Positions 38,091 to 51,392 of a DNA stretch of 64,000 nt are shown piece by piece. Made by a program: the position numbers and the translations under genes. The notes under the pieces were generated by a model. The model was not told the DNA's origin. It saw nothing but the letters and a program-made list of their open reading frames with translations, and searched no databases. Origin of the DNA: Botryllus schlosseri (taxonomy: Eukaryota); the NCBI GenBank assembly GCA_051294905.1, contig CM119371.1, positions 22,074,001 through 22,138,000 of the forward strand, written 5' to 3'. Each line of letters opens with the position of its first letter. Position 1 is the first letter of the stretch.

Positions 38091-38499
38091 AGGTGATGCA
38101 AGACTTAGCAACTTGTACAAGGCTATATCTGTGACTCCTCTGTCTACTAGTGGCATATGCATATCATGCACTCATGGTATGCATACGCACAGATCGTATG
38201 TATGTATATCATGATCCAGTGTATATGCCGCAAAAACATTAACAACAAGAATAAACTATGTCCTTTTCCTTAACATGTCCTTTTATGAACTATTTTAGAT
38301 AAAAGAACCACTTTGTTCTTGACATATCGCATTTGACAGGTTGGATTAGTCCGATGTATAGTCCTTCATATCTTGAAGCTACAACATCTACTCTATAATA
38401 GAAAATCGATTATCTTGGACTGGTAAGCAATTATCAGCATCAATAGTTGGCATAAATTCCAAGATGAGAATGGATGTTCAAGTCCCTAATTCTCTAGAT

Positions 38500-39999
38500 C
38501 AGGGGTTCTCAAACCGCAGCCCGCAGACATTTATTTTGCGGCCCGTGAGATCTTTTATTACGGAAGCAATTACTATACTGGCACAGAATTGTTACATATT
38601 AATTTAGCTACTTAGCTTTCTTATCGCACTGTCTGTATCGTTTGATTACTCATTCTTTGATCTGTTCTGGTTTCTCGATATAGGCCTATGCTGAAGTTTA
38701 GATTGTTATTGTTTTGAATTGTATTCGGCTGCACTCCGCTTCAAGGGAATCCTGCTGCGTAGAACACTTTTAAAAAGTGTTTCACACACCGTGAATGGTT
38801 TGAGCAAAACAAGTACTAGAAAGGAGAACGTCGAAAGCTGGGTTTGTACCTCTGCGTCAAGCAATGAATTTGCTTTCCTAGATATAAATGGAAAATCGAT
38901 GTGTCATATTTGTCAAAGAACAGTTGTCGTACCGAAGCTTCGAAGCTTGAAATGATACTAGCCTACGCATGTTCCTTCTGGCGTTTCACATATCGCCTGA
39001 TTTTAGAAAAAAACGAAGCTAGCTTGGTGGCTAGCCCAGCAATCCATATGTCGGGCATTGTTAAAATTGGAAGCGACGTTACAGACGCGTCTTTCAAAAT
39101 TGCTTAGAATATCGCTAAACCACAGAAATCTGCTAGAGACGGTGTGATTTCAATAAGACTTCAACATACTGTGCGAATATTCGCTGTTTACAGAACTTAG
39201 CAGCGAGTTAAACATGACCTCACAAATTTCGAAGCTACACTTGTGTGATTCAACGGTGACAAGAAGAGTAACAGCAATGCCAGGTGATCTTTCATCGCAT
39301 TTTCTGAACCATGTTGCCGCGTACACTGCTTTAGCTTAGCATTGGACGAATCTACCGACTCCACAGACATGGCATAGCTAATTATCTGGGTGCATTTTAT
39401 CAGAGTAGACATATTTGCAGAGGAAATCCGAAAAACAACAAATTTACAAAGTTGACTCATCATCAGCATTATTGGCGCAGGGCTCCATCAGCCAGGGAAA
39501 GAATGGAGAAGGGTTGAATAGTTTTCTCAGAAATGACCCCGAACAACAGACTTCTTCTCATATCACTGAGAGCTGAAATTCATGATAATGGCCTCTGTAA
39601 CGAAGGGGTGACTGTTACTTCATACTTGCTCAATGCACACTCACGCATCGAAACAGGGAGTTCAGTTCTATGTTGGAAGGGTTTGGGGTGCATATAACTA
39701 CTTAGATACGAATGCAATGCAGGCTCCGTATTGGGATTTACTTGCGCTGCTGGAAGATACATATTCTAACCAAAAAAAAACAGCCAATGTAAATTTACGA
39801 ACGCTGTCCATTAATGCTTTAGAATGCATGAAAATGTACTAAATGCCAGTATACTGAGTAGAGTACAGTAGACTGGTATAATTGTAGTAGCCTAAATTTA
39901 ATAGTAGCCCACAAATACATGATAATAATATTCAGCGGCCCGCAGCGTCTTTATTTGTAAAAATGCGGCCTTTAGTAAAAAGGAAGTTGAGAACCCCTG
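38500..39999 (+). mobile_element. Internally deleted Buster/SPIN-type hAT element (1500 bp)
   Basis: TIR CAGGGGTTCTCAA, perfect TSD CTCTAGAT, and an empty site in the paralogue near 15617. Decayed peptides GKSMCHICQRTVVVPK (BED-like) and FSLALDESTD are present. Confidence 0.9.
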
Positions 40000-40734
40000 C
40001 TCTAGATGCACGACTGTCTGGACTCTACTGCTACCGCGGTGGATATACACCTGTTTGGACTCTTAAGGCCGTATCAGACGAGGCGATGCATTAGTGTTTT
40101 TTTTATCATCGCTGCCAACGGCAGAATGGCCGCCAAATTTATTTGGCAGTATCAATCAACTCGGCGCCATCGCCGGCGATGAGAGAAGTGGAAGATACGC
40201 TCATGCGTATCCATATATTATCCTGTGTCGAGACTTGAATAGCGTCACTTTTGGTCAAGCCGTTTGGCGGACGGATCTTCTGGCGAGGCATTACGAAACG
40301 AATTACTGTGATGTAGTACTAAATTATTGAGCTGCTTCACTTACCCAGCATAGGCCAGCGTTGCAAAATCGGATGTAACCACCACCTTCGAGTTGCACCA
40401 GCACGCGCATATTCTTCTGCAGCTATCATGGCAGTCAAAACTCGTGCTGCTTTCAATTTATTTGACTTACCATTACAAATACCATCCTACCATGATTCCG
40501 AGAAGGTTTTATTCGACAGGACATTGTAGCATGACCACATTGGACAGGCATTATAACCATCGGCATCGCCTACTCAGATATGGCCTTAAGAGACATGTCT
40601 CAGTTAACGCAGGAATAATGGTACAGGCTGGTATGAAAATTTTTGAAAAACCTGCGGCAATATTGAGAAGTAAGATGAGAATAAGGATCCATATTTTATC
40701 AACAAAAGAGCCATATGTGCCTTGCAAGCCATAG

Positions 40735-40862
40735 GTTCCCGACCACTGCGATAAATTCTTTCCCGAAGGTCCGAAATTCCGCTTTTCTCTGTTCTATGTG
40801 GAATCAAAGTCGAATTTTAATTCCGCCATTACTATTGAAGCTTTTTAACAAATTAAATACAT
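40735..40862 (-). pseudogene. Relic of ZNF N-terminal finger pair
   Basis: Paralogue of 16350-16477. Confidence 0.65.
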
Positions 40863-42626
40863 CTTAACAAAACATCACTTTCCAATCATGCCCGAATGTA
40901 GAGTGATGATTTTTCACACGCGTTAACATCTTGAGAAAGGCCTGTGATAGAGTTTTGATAAAGGCATTGTAATTATTGAAAAATAATTTCCAAGGAAATT
41001 AGCTAGAAATTAGTCAACGTCTTGAAATAGCCACGTATTACTGTCTTAATAAACATGCTTCTGGCTAATTTCAAACCGATTGGTGCATCGATTGCAACGT
41101 TGCGTTGACTTGGTTCTAGTGACTAATAAACATTACTTCCACCTCTTATATTTTCCGATTACGAATATATTAAATATATATTTGTTGAGCCTGTTGGAAA
41201 GTTGATGCAGACTGACACACAACTGAGGACTGGCAGCTGAGAGCCACTGGTTAATGTGAGGCAATTAACAAGCGGCCGATAAGCATTACAACTTTGCCAA
41301 AATGTTCCATAGCGCCCGACAAACTTCTTCGGATAGGGAATTCTATGTAACCCGCAACTTTGATTAAATTAAAGCAACAGTGCATGACGATTTTAATCAT
41401 TATACACCTCCATACTGTCAGATTGTCACTGAAGATTAGTGCTCAGTTCTCAGTACAATAATTCATCACGTTTTGGGCAAAATACCATGCCTTGCCAAAA
41501 CATGTTGGCTAGCGACAGACCTACCAAAAGTGATTTTATGTATAGCCTGCAGCTATAATCGAACACCCGCCAGCAGTCTCAGAAACATAGGTAGCTCTGG
41601 ATAGTTCAATTGACATATTGATATGCCTAATGATTATTCATATCACGATTTACCTCAGTTTGTCTCTTAAGTAAACAGGTTCAGGAGTTTTTCGCTGCAG
41701 CTTCAAGGGTTCATCAAACCAAACAAGGTTAAAGAGCACTGTGATGTAGCACTATGATTTACATGTGATCTGAATGAAACAAAATCTTATAAAGAACAAA
41801 ATTGTTGACAAGACGCACCGAGTGTATGACAGAAATACACACAGAATTCATCATATTCAATGGATTTCAAAGCGAAACAGAATAAAAATAATATGTGCTG
41901 ATGCTGACTGTTTATCATCACATCAACACAGTGGATCGCGGTCAATAATGTGCTTATCTCCTGTATCACAAATCATATGGGGATCCATTTCACGTCGTGT
42001 TTGCAAGGATGATGCATACTGCAGGAAATAGGAGATACTACTAGCGAAATAAAAAAAAGCTGGCAGAACACCATATCGGACTATGCGAAGCTTGCGATTG
42101 TAGGGCTCGGATCTAACATTAATTTGAAAATGCCGGGGAATTACATGAACTGGATGGCATAAACACACATATTCACAAAATGGCTACAACAACTTGAAAC
42201 GAAATTGAAAATGATATGCGCAGACTCCTAATTACCAAAGAATATGACTGAGGATAATGTACTCGCAGCTTAAAATTTAGGTGAAATAAACTATAGTATT
42301 AGCTCATCACACTGTGATACAAAGATTTGAACATTCACATCAAACTGCTCCGAACAACAGACCCGGAGCAATTACTGAAACTGATTCCTGCAGTGCGAAC
42401 CAACTTTTTCAGGTACTAATCATACGATACAATTGAAATGTTGAAACAGTTAAAACATTTTCATACAGAAACAATTAGGTGAAAAAAACAAATAATACGG
42501 ATTTTATTTGATACGTGCAAGATGCTTAATGACACGAAGACACAAGCACATCACTATTTCTACAATCTCAGTCCAGGAATCATGCAGCCTGCAAGGCTCA
42601 GTCCAGGAATCATGCAGCCTGCAAGG

Positions 42627-43443
42627 CAGGAGCAGGCAACATACGGTCGGTGGCAGGATCCGGCCAGCGACAGGATTTTGAGCGGCCCGCGGAGAGTTTC
42701 TAACCTGAAAGTGACTTACTAATCTGATAATATTGACAAATTCATGCGTCACAGTATGAATTCAAGTTAGCCAACCCGAGAAAGATGGTCATGAAACTAC
42801 TTGTACCGTTCCGGTCTACAATACATACATTTGCGAGCAAACCTTTTCGACCATGAACATTAACAAGACACGGCTACGTTCCAATATAACTGATGTTCAC
42901 GTGCAGTCTTTACTAATGGTTTCGACATCTGACTTGCAGCCAGATTTCAAAGAACTTGCTCATAACTTTGATTGACCACAGATGTCTGATTGACCTATAC
43001 AGCTATGAAGTAGCCTACACTAAGTTAATAAATTCAGTAAATACTGATTTGGGTCTCTGCTTCGAATTTAAAGTTTACATGAATTAGGGTTACCATATTT
43101 TGGAATCGGGAAAGAAGGACATTTTTTCAAAACATTGTAGTTAGTTTATCGAACTTGAAAACAGCTGATTTTGAAATACTTTCTGGGAATCTTGCTTTGT
43201 TAAAAAAAAAGGACATCATTTTGACTCTACTCCCGGATTACCCACTTTTTAACGATACATCTCTGGTGTTGACTACAAAAAATTCGTCATCACTCTGTCT
43301 CAAATGGCCTGCTCAGACTTCTGCATTACATATTTCGCGTCATGCATGGATACGCGATTATTGTATCAATTCTGTAATCCGGCCTCTCAACCTACTTCAG
43401 TTTCCCATATCCGGCCGCCGGTCAAAGAAGTTGCCCACCCCTG
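42627..43443 (+). mobile_element. Buster/SPIN-type hAT deletion derivative
   Basis: Ends CAGGAGCAGGCAAC...GTTGCCCACCCCTG, TSD CTG(C/T)AAGG, and an empty site near 28350. Remnant ICEQTFSTMNINKTRLRSNITDVHVQSLL...PDF resembles the hAT C-terminal dimerisation region. Confidence 0.85.
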
Positions 43444-43982
43444 CTGTAAGGTGATCCAAACACATGTTCGCTACTTACTTACACAGATTAGATCCCAATA
43501 CTTAATTATAGTGATATGGTGGCAGAGTGAATGGAGGACTCATTCAAGTAAAAGCACATTTTAATATAGGGCATTTCTGTCGATGTTACTGTATCATGAC
43601 CCAGATCATCATCATGAAACAAAATAGACTTGCGTTTCGCTAGTTCTTTGCTCATTTTTGAGTTGTCCTAAATTTATGTATCAGCAGTAACATTCATCAC
43701 CTTAATGCAAAAACTGTTCTATAGCTTGACAACACGAACGATTCGAAACACTTCATACAGATGAATAAAAGATTTCTGAGTCCGACAATTCATTGAATAT
43801 AAAATGCTAACAATGCATATAAGATTTAAAAATTCCGGGACACTGGATCATTCTGGTGTTCACGAAAATGTGCTTATCGAGGGAGTGGATTTCTTGAGAT
43901 ATTCCACGATTAATTGCCATCACCTGCATGAATATTCACACATACTTCTAAAATACCGGAAAATAAACGCTTTTCTACGGGT

Positions 43983-45746
43983 CTAACTAGGACAGTTTCT
44001 GACTCCAGTATGTGTATTCTCATGTGTTTTCAGGTGATCCATCAAAGCATATGCTTTTCCGCAGATCAGATATGTATAGTTTTTGACTCCGGGGTTTTCG
44101 ACTCCGGTATGTGTATTTCCATGCCTTTTTAAAGAACCAAGCTGATTAAAAGTTTTTCTGCAGATCTGACATGTATAGTTTCTGACTCCGGTATGTGTAT
44201 GCCCATGTCGTTTCAAGTCACAGAGCTGAGTAAACGCTTTTCCACAGATCTTACATACATATTGTTTGACTCCAGTATGTGTATGTGTATGTCCATGTCT
44301 TTTGAAGTTACCAAGATGGTTAAATGCTTTTCCGCAGATCTGACATTCATAATTTTTGAGTCCATTATGTGTATGAACATGTGCTTTCAAGGTACTCAAA
44401 TCATTGAATGATTTTCCACATATTTGACACTCATAGTTTTTGAGTCCAGTATGTGTATGACCATGTCTTTTCAAGTTACCGAGACGGCTGAATGATTTTC
44501 CACAGATCTGACATTCGTAATTTTTGACTCCAGTATGGGCATGACCATGTGTTTTCAAGGAACTTGATTGACTGAATGATTTTCCACAGATCTGACATTC
44601 GTAGTTTTTGACTCCAGTATGGGTATGATCATGTGTTTTCAAGGAACTTAAACGACTGAATGATTTTCCACAGATCTGACACTCATAGTTTTTGAATCCA
44701 GTATGTGTATGACCATGTATTTTCACGTTACCAGGACGATTGAATGATTTTCCACAGATCTGACACTCATAGTTTTTAACTCCAGTATGTGTATGACCAT
44801 GTATTTTCAAGGTTCCTAATTGACTGAATGATTTTCCACATATCTGACACTCGTGGTTTTTGACTCCAGTATGTGTACGACCATGTATTTTCAAGGTACC
44901 TAATTGACTGAATGATTTTCCACATATCTGACACTCGTGGTTTTTGACTCCAGCATGTGTATGACCATGTATTTTCAAGGTACCTAATTGACTGAATGAT
45001 TTTCCACATATCTGACACTCGTGGTTTTTGACTCCAGTATGTGCGTGACCATGTTTGTTCAAGTTACCGAGATGACTGAATGATTTTCCACAGATCTGAC
45101 ACTCATAGTTTTTGACTACCGTATGTGTATTTCCCTGTCTATTCAAGTCACCAAGCCGGGTGAACGGTTTACCACAGATTTGACACTTACAGTTTTCGAC
45201 TCCGAAATGTGCACTCTCATGTGTTTTCAAGTCACCCGGATGATTAAAAGCTTTTCCGCAAATCTGACATTCATAGTTTTTTACTCTCGTATTTGCATTT
45301 ATATGTGTTTTCAAGTCACTGACTAGAGTAAACGTCTTTCCGCAGATCTCACATTCATGGTTTCTGAGTCCAGTATGTATCTTTCCATGTGCTTTCCGGT
45401 CATTGAATTGCACAACCGATTTTCCACAGATCTGGCGCTTCTGGTCTTTGACACCAGTGTGAGTTATGTGTTTCGCTAAATATGTCTTCCTAGCGAAAGA
45501 CTTCCCACACATCTTATATTTATAGTTTATTCCTTCATTGTGTATGTCCCTATTTCTATCCAAGTTGCCGCTCCGATTTTTCAATCCAGTGTGGGATAGT
45601 ACATGTTTTTTCAGTGTACAGATGGCAGCAAAGGCTTTCCCGCAGATCTCACATTCAGTATTTATATCTTTAACGTGGAATCGCAGGTGAGTTTTCAATC
45701 CGTCATGACGATGAACGCTCTTTCCACTGATCGAGCACATCCTCAT
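43983..45746 (-). CDS. Multi-finger C2H2 zinc-finger protein (type B), 587 aa (about 14 canonical plus 6 degenerate fingers)
   Basis: Uninterrupted ORF. The stop position is shared with the paralogue at 28891. Confidence 0.88.
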   Translation of the reverse strand: MRMCSISGKSVHRHDGLKTHLRFHVKDINTECEICGKAFAAICTLKKHVLSHTGLKNRSGNLDRNRDIHNEGINYKYKMCGKSFARKTYLAKHITHTGVKDQKRQICGKSVVQFNDRKAHGKIHTGLRNHECEICGKTFTLVSDLKTHINANTRVKNYECQICGKAFNHPGDLKTHESAHFGVENCKCQICGKPFTRLGDLNRQGNTHTVVKNYECQICGKSFSHLGNLNKHGHAHTGVKNHECQICGKSFSQLGTLKIHGHTHAGVKNHECQICGKSFSQLGTLKIHGRTHTGVKNHECQICGKSFSQLGTLKIHGHTHTGVKNYECQICGKSFNRPGNVKIHGHTHTGFKNYECQICGKSFSRLSSLKTHDHTHTGVKNYECQICGKSFSQSSSLKTHGHAHTGVKNYECQICGKSFSRLGNLKRHGHTHTGLKNYECQICGKSFNDLSTLKAHVHTHNGLKNYECQICGKAFNHLGNFKRHGHTHTHTGVKQYVCKICGKAFTQLCDLKRHGHTHTGVRNYTCQICRKTFNQLGSLKRHGNTHTGVENPGVKNYTYLICGKAYALMDHLKTHENTHTGVRNCPS

Positions 45747-46049
45747 TTTCGTTCTTCTGGATTATCTGTAAATTATTTCATCAATCATCACACGTCAACA
45801 CTTCTCAGAGAGAAAACGAATATTCAAGAATAGCTTGGAATGAGCTATTGCATAGTATTCAAATTCATGTATTGTAGCAACCCAGTCTGTAACACAAAAA
45901 ATAAATTAGCAATTTCGGATCAGTTTCAAAAAGTACTGAATCCAACCGATGTTAGACAATCAAACATACAGAAAATATCAACCAGTTTCGTTTAATTTTT
46001 AGGCCTTGTATTGATCGATAAGCAGGCAATCCAGACAGTGACCTATTAA

Positions 46050-47093
46050 CCCTTTTAAAATCGGATTCCGTATACGGAATCGGTCAAGCGGTCATCGGGC
46101 AATATCTTCATTCTTGTACAGAATGTACACGTCCTAGCGGCTTCATTTTGGTTTGTAGGGAAAGCTAGCAATCTTCTGATTCATATGATACCAGGTTTAT
46201 ATGTATAAGTCGAATATTTTTTTTAATACCAACGATTTTACACGAGATGGTCGGCCGAAAATGGTTGAGCCTATGACGCTACTGAATACGTCAGCCAACT
46301 TTATGTGTTAATTTCTCCATCGATATACGGCTATTTCACAGTCTGTGTACGTAGAGCATATGTCCCATGGTAATATATGCAAAGACGTTGATCCACTGAT
46401 ATATTTGAAACCAAAATTACAAATATACGTCGCAGACTGTATGAATACTATAGATTTTACCACAGGAGGACGTTGAAGCAAGTTGTTTGGCCGGCTGGCA
46501 TGTTGTTGCACAGTAAACTTGGCATGTAAGTAGCTTGTATACAAAGAGTCACAATAGGTCATATTGCTTTGTTTCACAATTACTATACTGCTTGATAGCT
46601 TAGCCATCAGCAGTTGACAAATGCAAAAGACACAGCGTCTAGGCATTGTGTAATTACTATTACCAGCCGTGTTCACTCAGCCGTGATAAGCCGGCATCGC
46701 CGTCCGCCTACCGAAATTCTGAACAGTCAGGTCAGCATTTCCTACGTAAAAACGAGATGAATAATGCTAGAGCATCGAGTGATGTTTTGTTGAAAAGAGA
46801 ATATCATTATCTCTGAAGTAGGTTATGTTCGAGAACGCAGAACGAGGCTACCAGAGTTCACACCCGCTCATAAAAACAAAACTGCTGATCAAAACAGACA
46901 CTTTTCGCCCTTCAGCAGACCATGGCACTATGATACCTCTTGCGGATAGTTGTTTCATAGGCGTAAAACGCTAGAGGGCAATCTTCTCGTTACTATGATA
47001 CCAAACACGCCTCGATTAAGCGTATATATTTGACTTTATCGCAATTATGGTGAACCGATTCAAATTCGGGGAAAAGTCCCGATTTTGAAAGGG
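46050..47093. mobile_element. piggyBac-like MITE (1044 bp)
   Basis: TTAA TSD on both sides and 15-bp TIR CCCTTT(T/C)AAAATCGG. Absent in paralogues near 15030 and 37920. Confidence 0.88.
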
Positions 47094-47219
47094 TTAAGAT
47101 GAGTCGTTCTTGGTTGACAAGATAGCGTAATGCTGAAGCGTCCATCCACTTGATCGGTAGGACGTGGGTTTGATCCTCGGCTGTGTCAGATCAAAGACCT
47201 GATTAGTAACGCTGGTATC

Positions 47220-48585
47220 CAATGTTCCCTCTGAATTTGCATGAGTCTGCACAAACACGCCAACTCACTGCGCAGGCCCTAGGGCAACAGTGCGCAACAA
47301 GGCCCCATATAAGTTGATAAATCAAACTTCTTGGAGGTCTCGCCCAACAGACCCATCTCTGGCAATGCAATTTTTGCCGCTGCTTATCATCTAAATTGGT
47401 GTCCTTTTAGTGGGTGTGTGCTCCGACAACCATTCCATGTTAAACGGATAGAACTTCTTTGTTAATTTGGCTTGGTCAAGGGATGAGCATGAGAAACTAT
47501 CCATTCGTTTTGTCATCATTAAAAGCGATCAGTATAAACAGTGACAAGCAGAATTAGCGAGTAAAATACTCAACGTTGGTCACACAGGCAAGCAGATAGC
47601 CAAAAAACTCGTAGCAACACAAATGGACGCAAGTACTATAGACGGTCAATCGTGATTTTGTGCGACCATCTGTGACGCCACAATAAACCCGTGTACATAG
47701 TGACATATATAATACTAGTAGACATACACCCACGATGACGCACTTCAAATCAATACATACCATCGATGTAGGCCTACCACCGCATTAAAACACTGATGTG
47801 ACGTCTTAATACCGGCAATGAACTCATTACTACCAAGATATACAGTCATAAATATTTATACAAATATTCAAGTCTGACTAAAGCAAGAACAGTATTAGCG
47901 TATGACCTTATCGACATAAGATTCCCGTTCAAACGAATCTAAACAAATTTAAAAACAAAATGTTTGCTGCTGATAAGCTGATGTAATTCAACGCTCTACA
48001 GTGCGCAGTTGAAGCATTTCCCGATCAACGTTTGCAAGGGGATGGATTTTTTTCAACAATATTCGTGCTTGTACTTGCATATCCTGCATATAATCCTATC
48101 TCACCATATGTGATCAGATTTGCCTAACGGAAGTGATGACTTCGAAAATTCATGGCATGTTATCGTAAAGTTAATCTTATGCAATGTTCATTCCACACAA
48201 AGAATACTATTCGTTAGTTTCTCGCAGATTACCTTCCACCTAGACCATTGTTATATATAACTTTGTTAAACCATGTTATTTCGCCATTCCCAGAAAAGAT
48301 TGCGCTATGGAAATGATGTCAGTGTCACTTGATGAAAAATCTCTTTAGTGAGGCGCAAATTATCATTTCTTCACAGAGCGCAATATTTACCTTTCCGGGC
48401 CTCACGTACCTCGGTTTCAGACGAAAACACTATTTTGCCCTGGCACTAATTTTTCACGAATATGCGCGCCTGCGCGGTCTGTTGGAAAACAGTGCGCGAC
48501 GACTAAGAAAGTCATCACTTCAGATTTTTTGTGCGCAGCTTAGATTTTCAGTGCGCAGAGACCGATTCAACACTGCGCAACATTA
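47220..48585. mobile_element. hAT non-autonomous element inserted in a SINE
   Basis: Left end CAATGTTCCCTCT, degenerate right end, TSD CTGGTATC on both sides, and TGCGCA subterminal motifs. Confidence 0.75.
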
Positions 48586-49209
48586 CTGGTATCCACCACT
48601 TTTCCGCTTGGCGCTTAGCACTACCAGGATGGCATGGAGAGGTGTTGCAAGACTTGGAAGGTCGTACAAGGCTGTATATGTATCTTCCCTGTCCAGTGGC
48701 ATATGCGCCTCATGCACTTATGGTATGCATATGCACAGATCGTGTGATGTATATCATGAGTTGGTTCATACGTCGCAAAAACAAACTATGACATTTCCCT
48801 TAACATGAATTTTGACAGATTAACAATTTTCGATAAAAAAGACATATTGTTTTTTACCATCATTCAACTTCATATCGCATTCGACATGTTAGATTTGTCC
48901 GATGAATACCCCTATATAACTTCAAGCAACCATATTTACCCTATAACAGAAAATCAATTATCTTGGACTGATAAGCAATTATCAGCAGCAATAGTTGGCA
49001 TAAATTCTAAGTTGCCGAGAATGGATATTCAAGTCCCTAATTCCCTGGATACACAACTGTTTGGACTCTTAGAGACATGTTTCAGCTACCGCAGGAATAA
49101 CGATACCGGTATGAGAATTTTTCAAAAACCTGCGGCAATATAGATGAATGAGGATGAGGATCCATATTTCATTAACAAAAGAGCCATATATGCCTCGTCA
49201 GTCATAGGT

Positions 49210-49320
49210 TTTCGGCGATCCCACTGGTCCAAAATTCTGCTTTTCTCTATTCTATGTGAAATCAAAGTTGAGTTTTAACCCCGCCATTACTATTGAAGCT
49301 TTTTAACAAATTGAATACTT
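49210..49320 (-). pseudogene. Relic of ZNF N-terminal finger pair
   Basis: Third paralogue of 16350-16477. Confidence 0.6.
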
Positions 49321-49615
49321 CTTAATAGTTTTTCTTTTAGCTTCTATGTAACTTACTTCTTTAGGCATGACACACCGACAATTCCTAAGCCAATAACAAA
49401 TATCATTTTCTTGTAAAGAACAGGCTATTGCGTGGCATGCAAATTGCAATATTATAGCAGTGTTGTCTGAATCACAAGCAGAAATGAAATATAACAATGA
49501 AGGATTCGTTTGAAATAGAACAGAAAGTAACTAATACCAGAAAAACCGGGATCACAAAGTAATAGTTTTCTAATTCACTGAGAATAAGTTTGTCTAATTG
49601 ATCTGATGACCAATT

Positions 49616-50545
49616 TCATACTTCAATATGGACATAACCATGACTTTTCAGTGAACCAGGGAATGTGAAAGATTTCCCACAAATGTCACATTCATACTTT
49701 CTGATTCCTGTGTGAATATGAACGTGTTTGGCTAAATATCCCTTTCGAGCAAAGGCCTTTCCACAAACCTCGCATTCATAGTTTCTTACACCCAAATGAG
49801 TTTTCTTATGGGTATTCAAGTAACCCATCTTGAGAAACGCTTTTCCACAAATCTGGCAAGCATCGCTTTTGACTCCAGTGTGAGCATGCATGTGTCCAGC
49901 TAAACTATCTTTTCTAGTGAAAGACATCCCACACATCTCACAATCATAGTTTTTTACTTTGGTATGTGTATCAGCATGTCTTCGTAAGTTACCAATCTGG
50001 GTGAAGGCTTTGCCACAGATCTCACATGCATACTCTCTGACTCCAATATGGACGCTCACATGACTTTTCAATGTTTTGCTGTCGGCAAACGCTTTTGCAC
50101 AGATCTCACATTCATAGTTTTTTATTCCAGCGTGAATATCCATATGTCTTGTTAAATGTTCATTTCGAGCGAAGAACTTTCCACACATCTCACATTCATA
50201 GCTTTTGAATCCAGAATGTGTTTTCCGATGAATATTCAAGTTACCGATTTGAGAAAATTTTTCGCCGCAGATATCACATTCATGGTTTTTCACTCCAGCA
50301 TGTGTATCCTTGTGCATTTTCAAATCACTGATCCCAGTGAACATTTTTCCACAGATAACGCATTCATGGTTTTTCAAACCAGTGTGAGCTTTTCTATGTG
50401 CTTTCATTGCAGACATTGCAGTGAAGACTTTCCCACAGATATCACATTCATCTTTTCGCTCTTCAATGTGGGATTGCAAGTGACTTTTCATTGGACCATG
50501 ACCAATGACGCATTTCCCACAGATCCAACAATTCATTCTAGACAT
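49616..50545 (-). CDS. C2H2 zinc-finger protein (type C), 309 aa, 11 canonical fingers
   Basis: All Cys/His ligands are intact and the ORF has a clean start and stop. It is the best-preserved member. Confidence 0.9.
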   Translation of the reverse strand: MSRMNCWICGKCVIGHGPMKSHLQSHIEERKDECDICGKVFTAMSAMKAHRKAHTGLKNHECVICGKMFTGISDLKMHKDTHAGVKNHECDICGEKFSQIGNLNIHRKTHSGFKSYECEMCGKFFARNEHLTRHMDIHAGIKNYECEICAKAFADSKTLKSHVSVHIGVREYACEICGKAFTQIGNLRRHADTHTKVKNYDCEMCGMSFTRKDSLAGHMHAHTGVKSDACQICGKAFLKMGYLNTHKKTHLGVRNYECEVCGKAFARKGYLAKHVHIHTGIRKYECDICGKSFTFPGSLKSHGYVHIEV

Positions 50546-50905
50546 TCTTCCAGGCTACACTTCTTCAAGCATTACACATCAACAGTTCTTTGCCCAACAA
50601 CGAATCTTGTACCCTTGCATTATATAGGCTATTGCATAGTATGGTACTCGTTATATTAGTTCAACAGTCTAAAAAGCAATATCATCAAAGACAAAATTAA
50701 TCAATGACGAATCAGTTTGATGATGAACAAAATACAGAACCTCCAAACTATTATATATTGATAGGCGTTTCCTCGAATAGATGAATGCATTTCCATATTG
50801 CAATGATCTGTAACCGGATACATTGTTAATAAGTATGACTAATCAATACACATTTTTGCATTTGTGGGCGATGAAAAAATTTTCGGAACAGGATGACCTT
50901 GGAAG

Positions 50906-51099
50906 CAATGTTCCCTCTAGGCTGCGCACGTGCGCAAATGTGCAGTGCTTTTATGGTCTCTGCGCACAGAAAATCTAAGTTGCGCACAAATAATCCGAAG
51001 TGGTTACCTTTTTTTTGGTAATTTACGCACTGTTTTCCCAGGGCCTGCGCAGTGAGTTGGTGAGCGTGCGCAGACTCGTCAAAATTAGAGGGAACATTG
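50906..51099. mobile_element. hAT MITE (194 bp)
   Basis: TIR CAATGTTCCCTCTA and perfect TSD CTTGGAAG. Absent from paralogues near 4500 and 20748. Same family as 47220-48585 and a fragment near 34044. Confidence 0.92.
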
Positions 51100-51222
51100 C
51101 TTGGAAGGATCCGGTATCTTGGCTAGGATAAAAATAAATTTTCGGACTATATCGTCTATGAAAAAATTTTAAATTCTTAATTTGCTGGAAGTTTTTGATG
51201 GACATGCTCATACGATGGTCAT

Positions 51223-51392
51223 TAGGATTGTCCAAAATCTTAAAAATGCATTGTTGTAATGTCTTATTCTAGATTATTGATAAAAAAATATGAGCTTGCA
51301 ATAAGCTCACAAAAAAGTTATTAGGATTTCGGGCAGAGCGTTTAAAGTAGCTGAAGAGTGGGCGTTCTACTGACCATGGAATGGCGAGAAGA
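51223..51392. mobile_element. Old diverged hATm-like terminal repeat (paralogue of 20868)
   Basis: TAGGATTGTCCAAAAT...TTGTAATGTCTTATTCTAGATTATTGAT, following the same ATGGTCAT flank. Confidence 0.75.

Noticed and set aside
42567..42626. Short tandem duplications (30 bp here, about 30 bp near 34995, 24 bp near 54481)
   Set aside because: Ordinary local slippage duplications with no further structure.
43983..45746. PRDM9 or KRAB-ZNF orthology
   Set aside because: No KRAB, SSXRD or PR/SET sequence is visible and the linkers differ, so no gene symbol is assigned.
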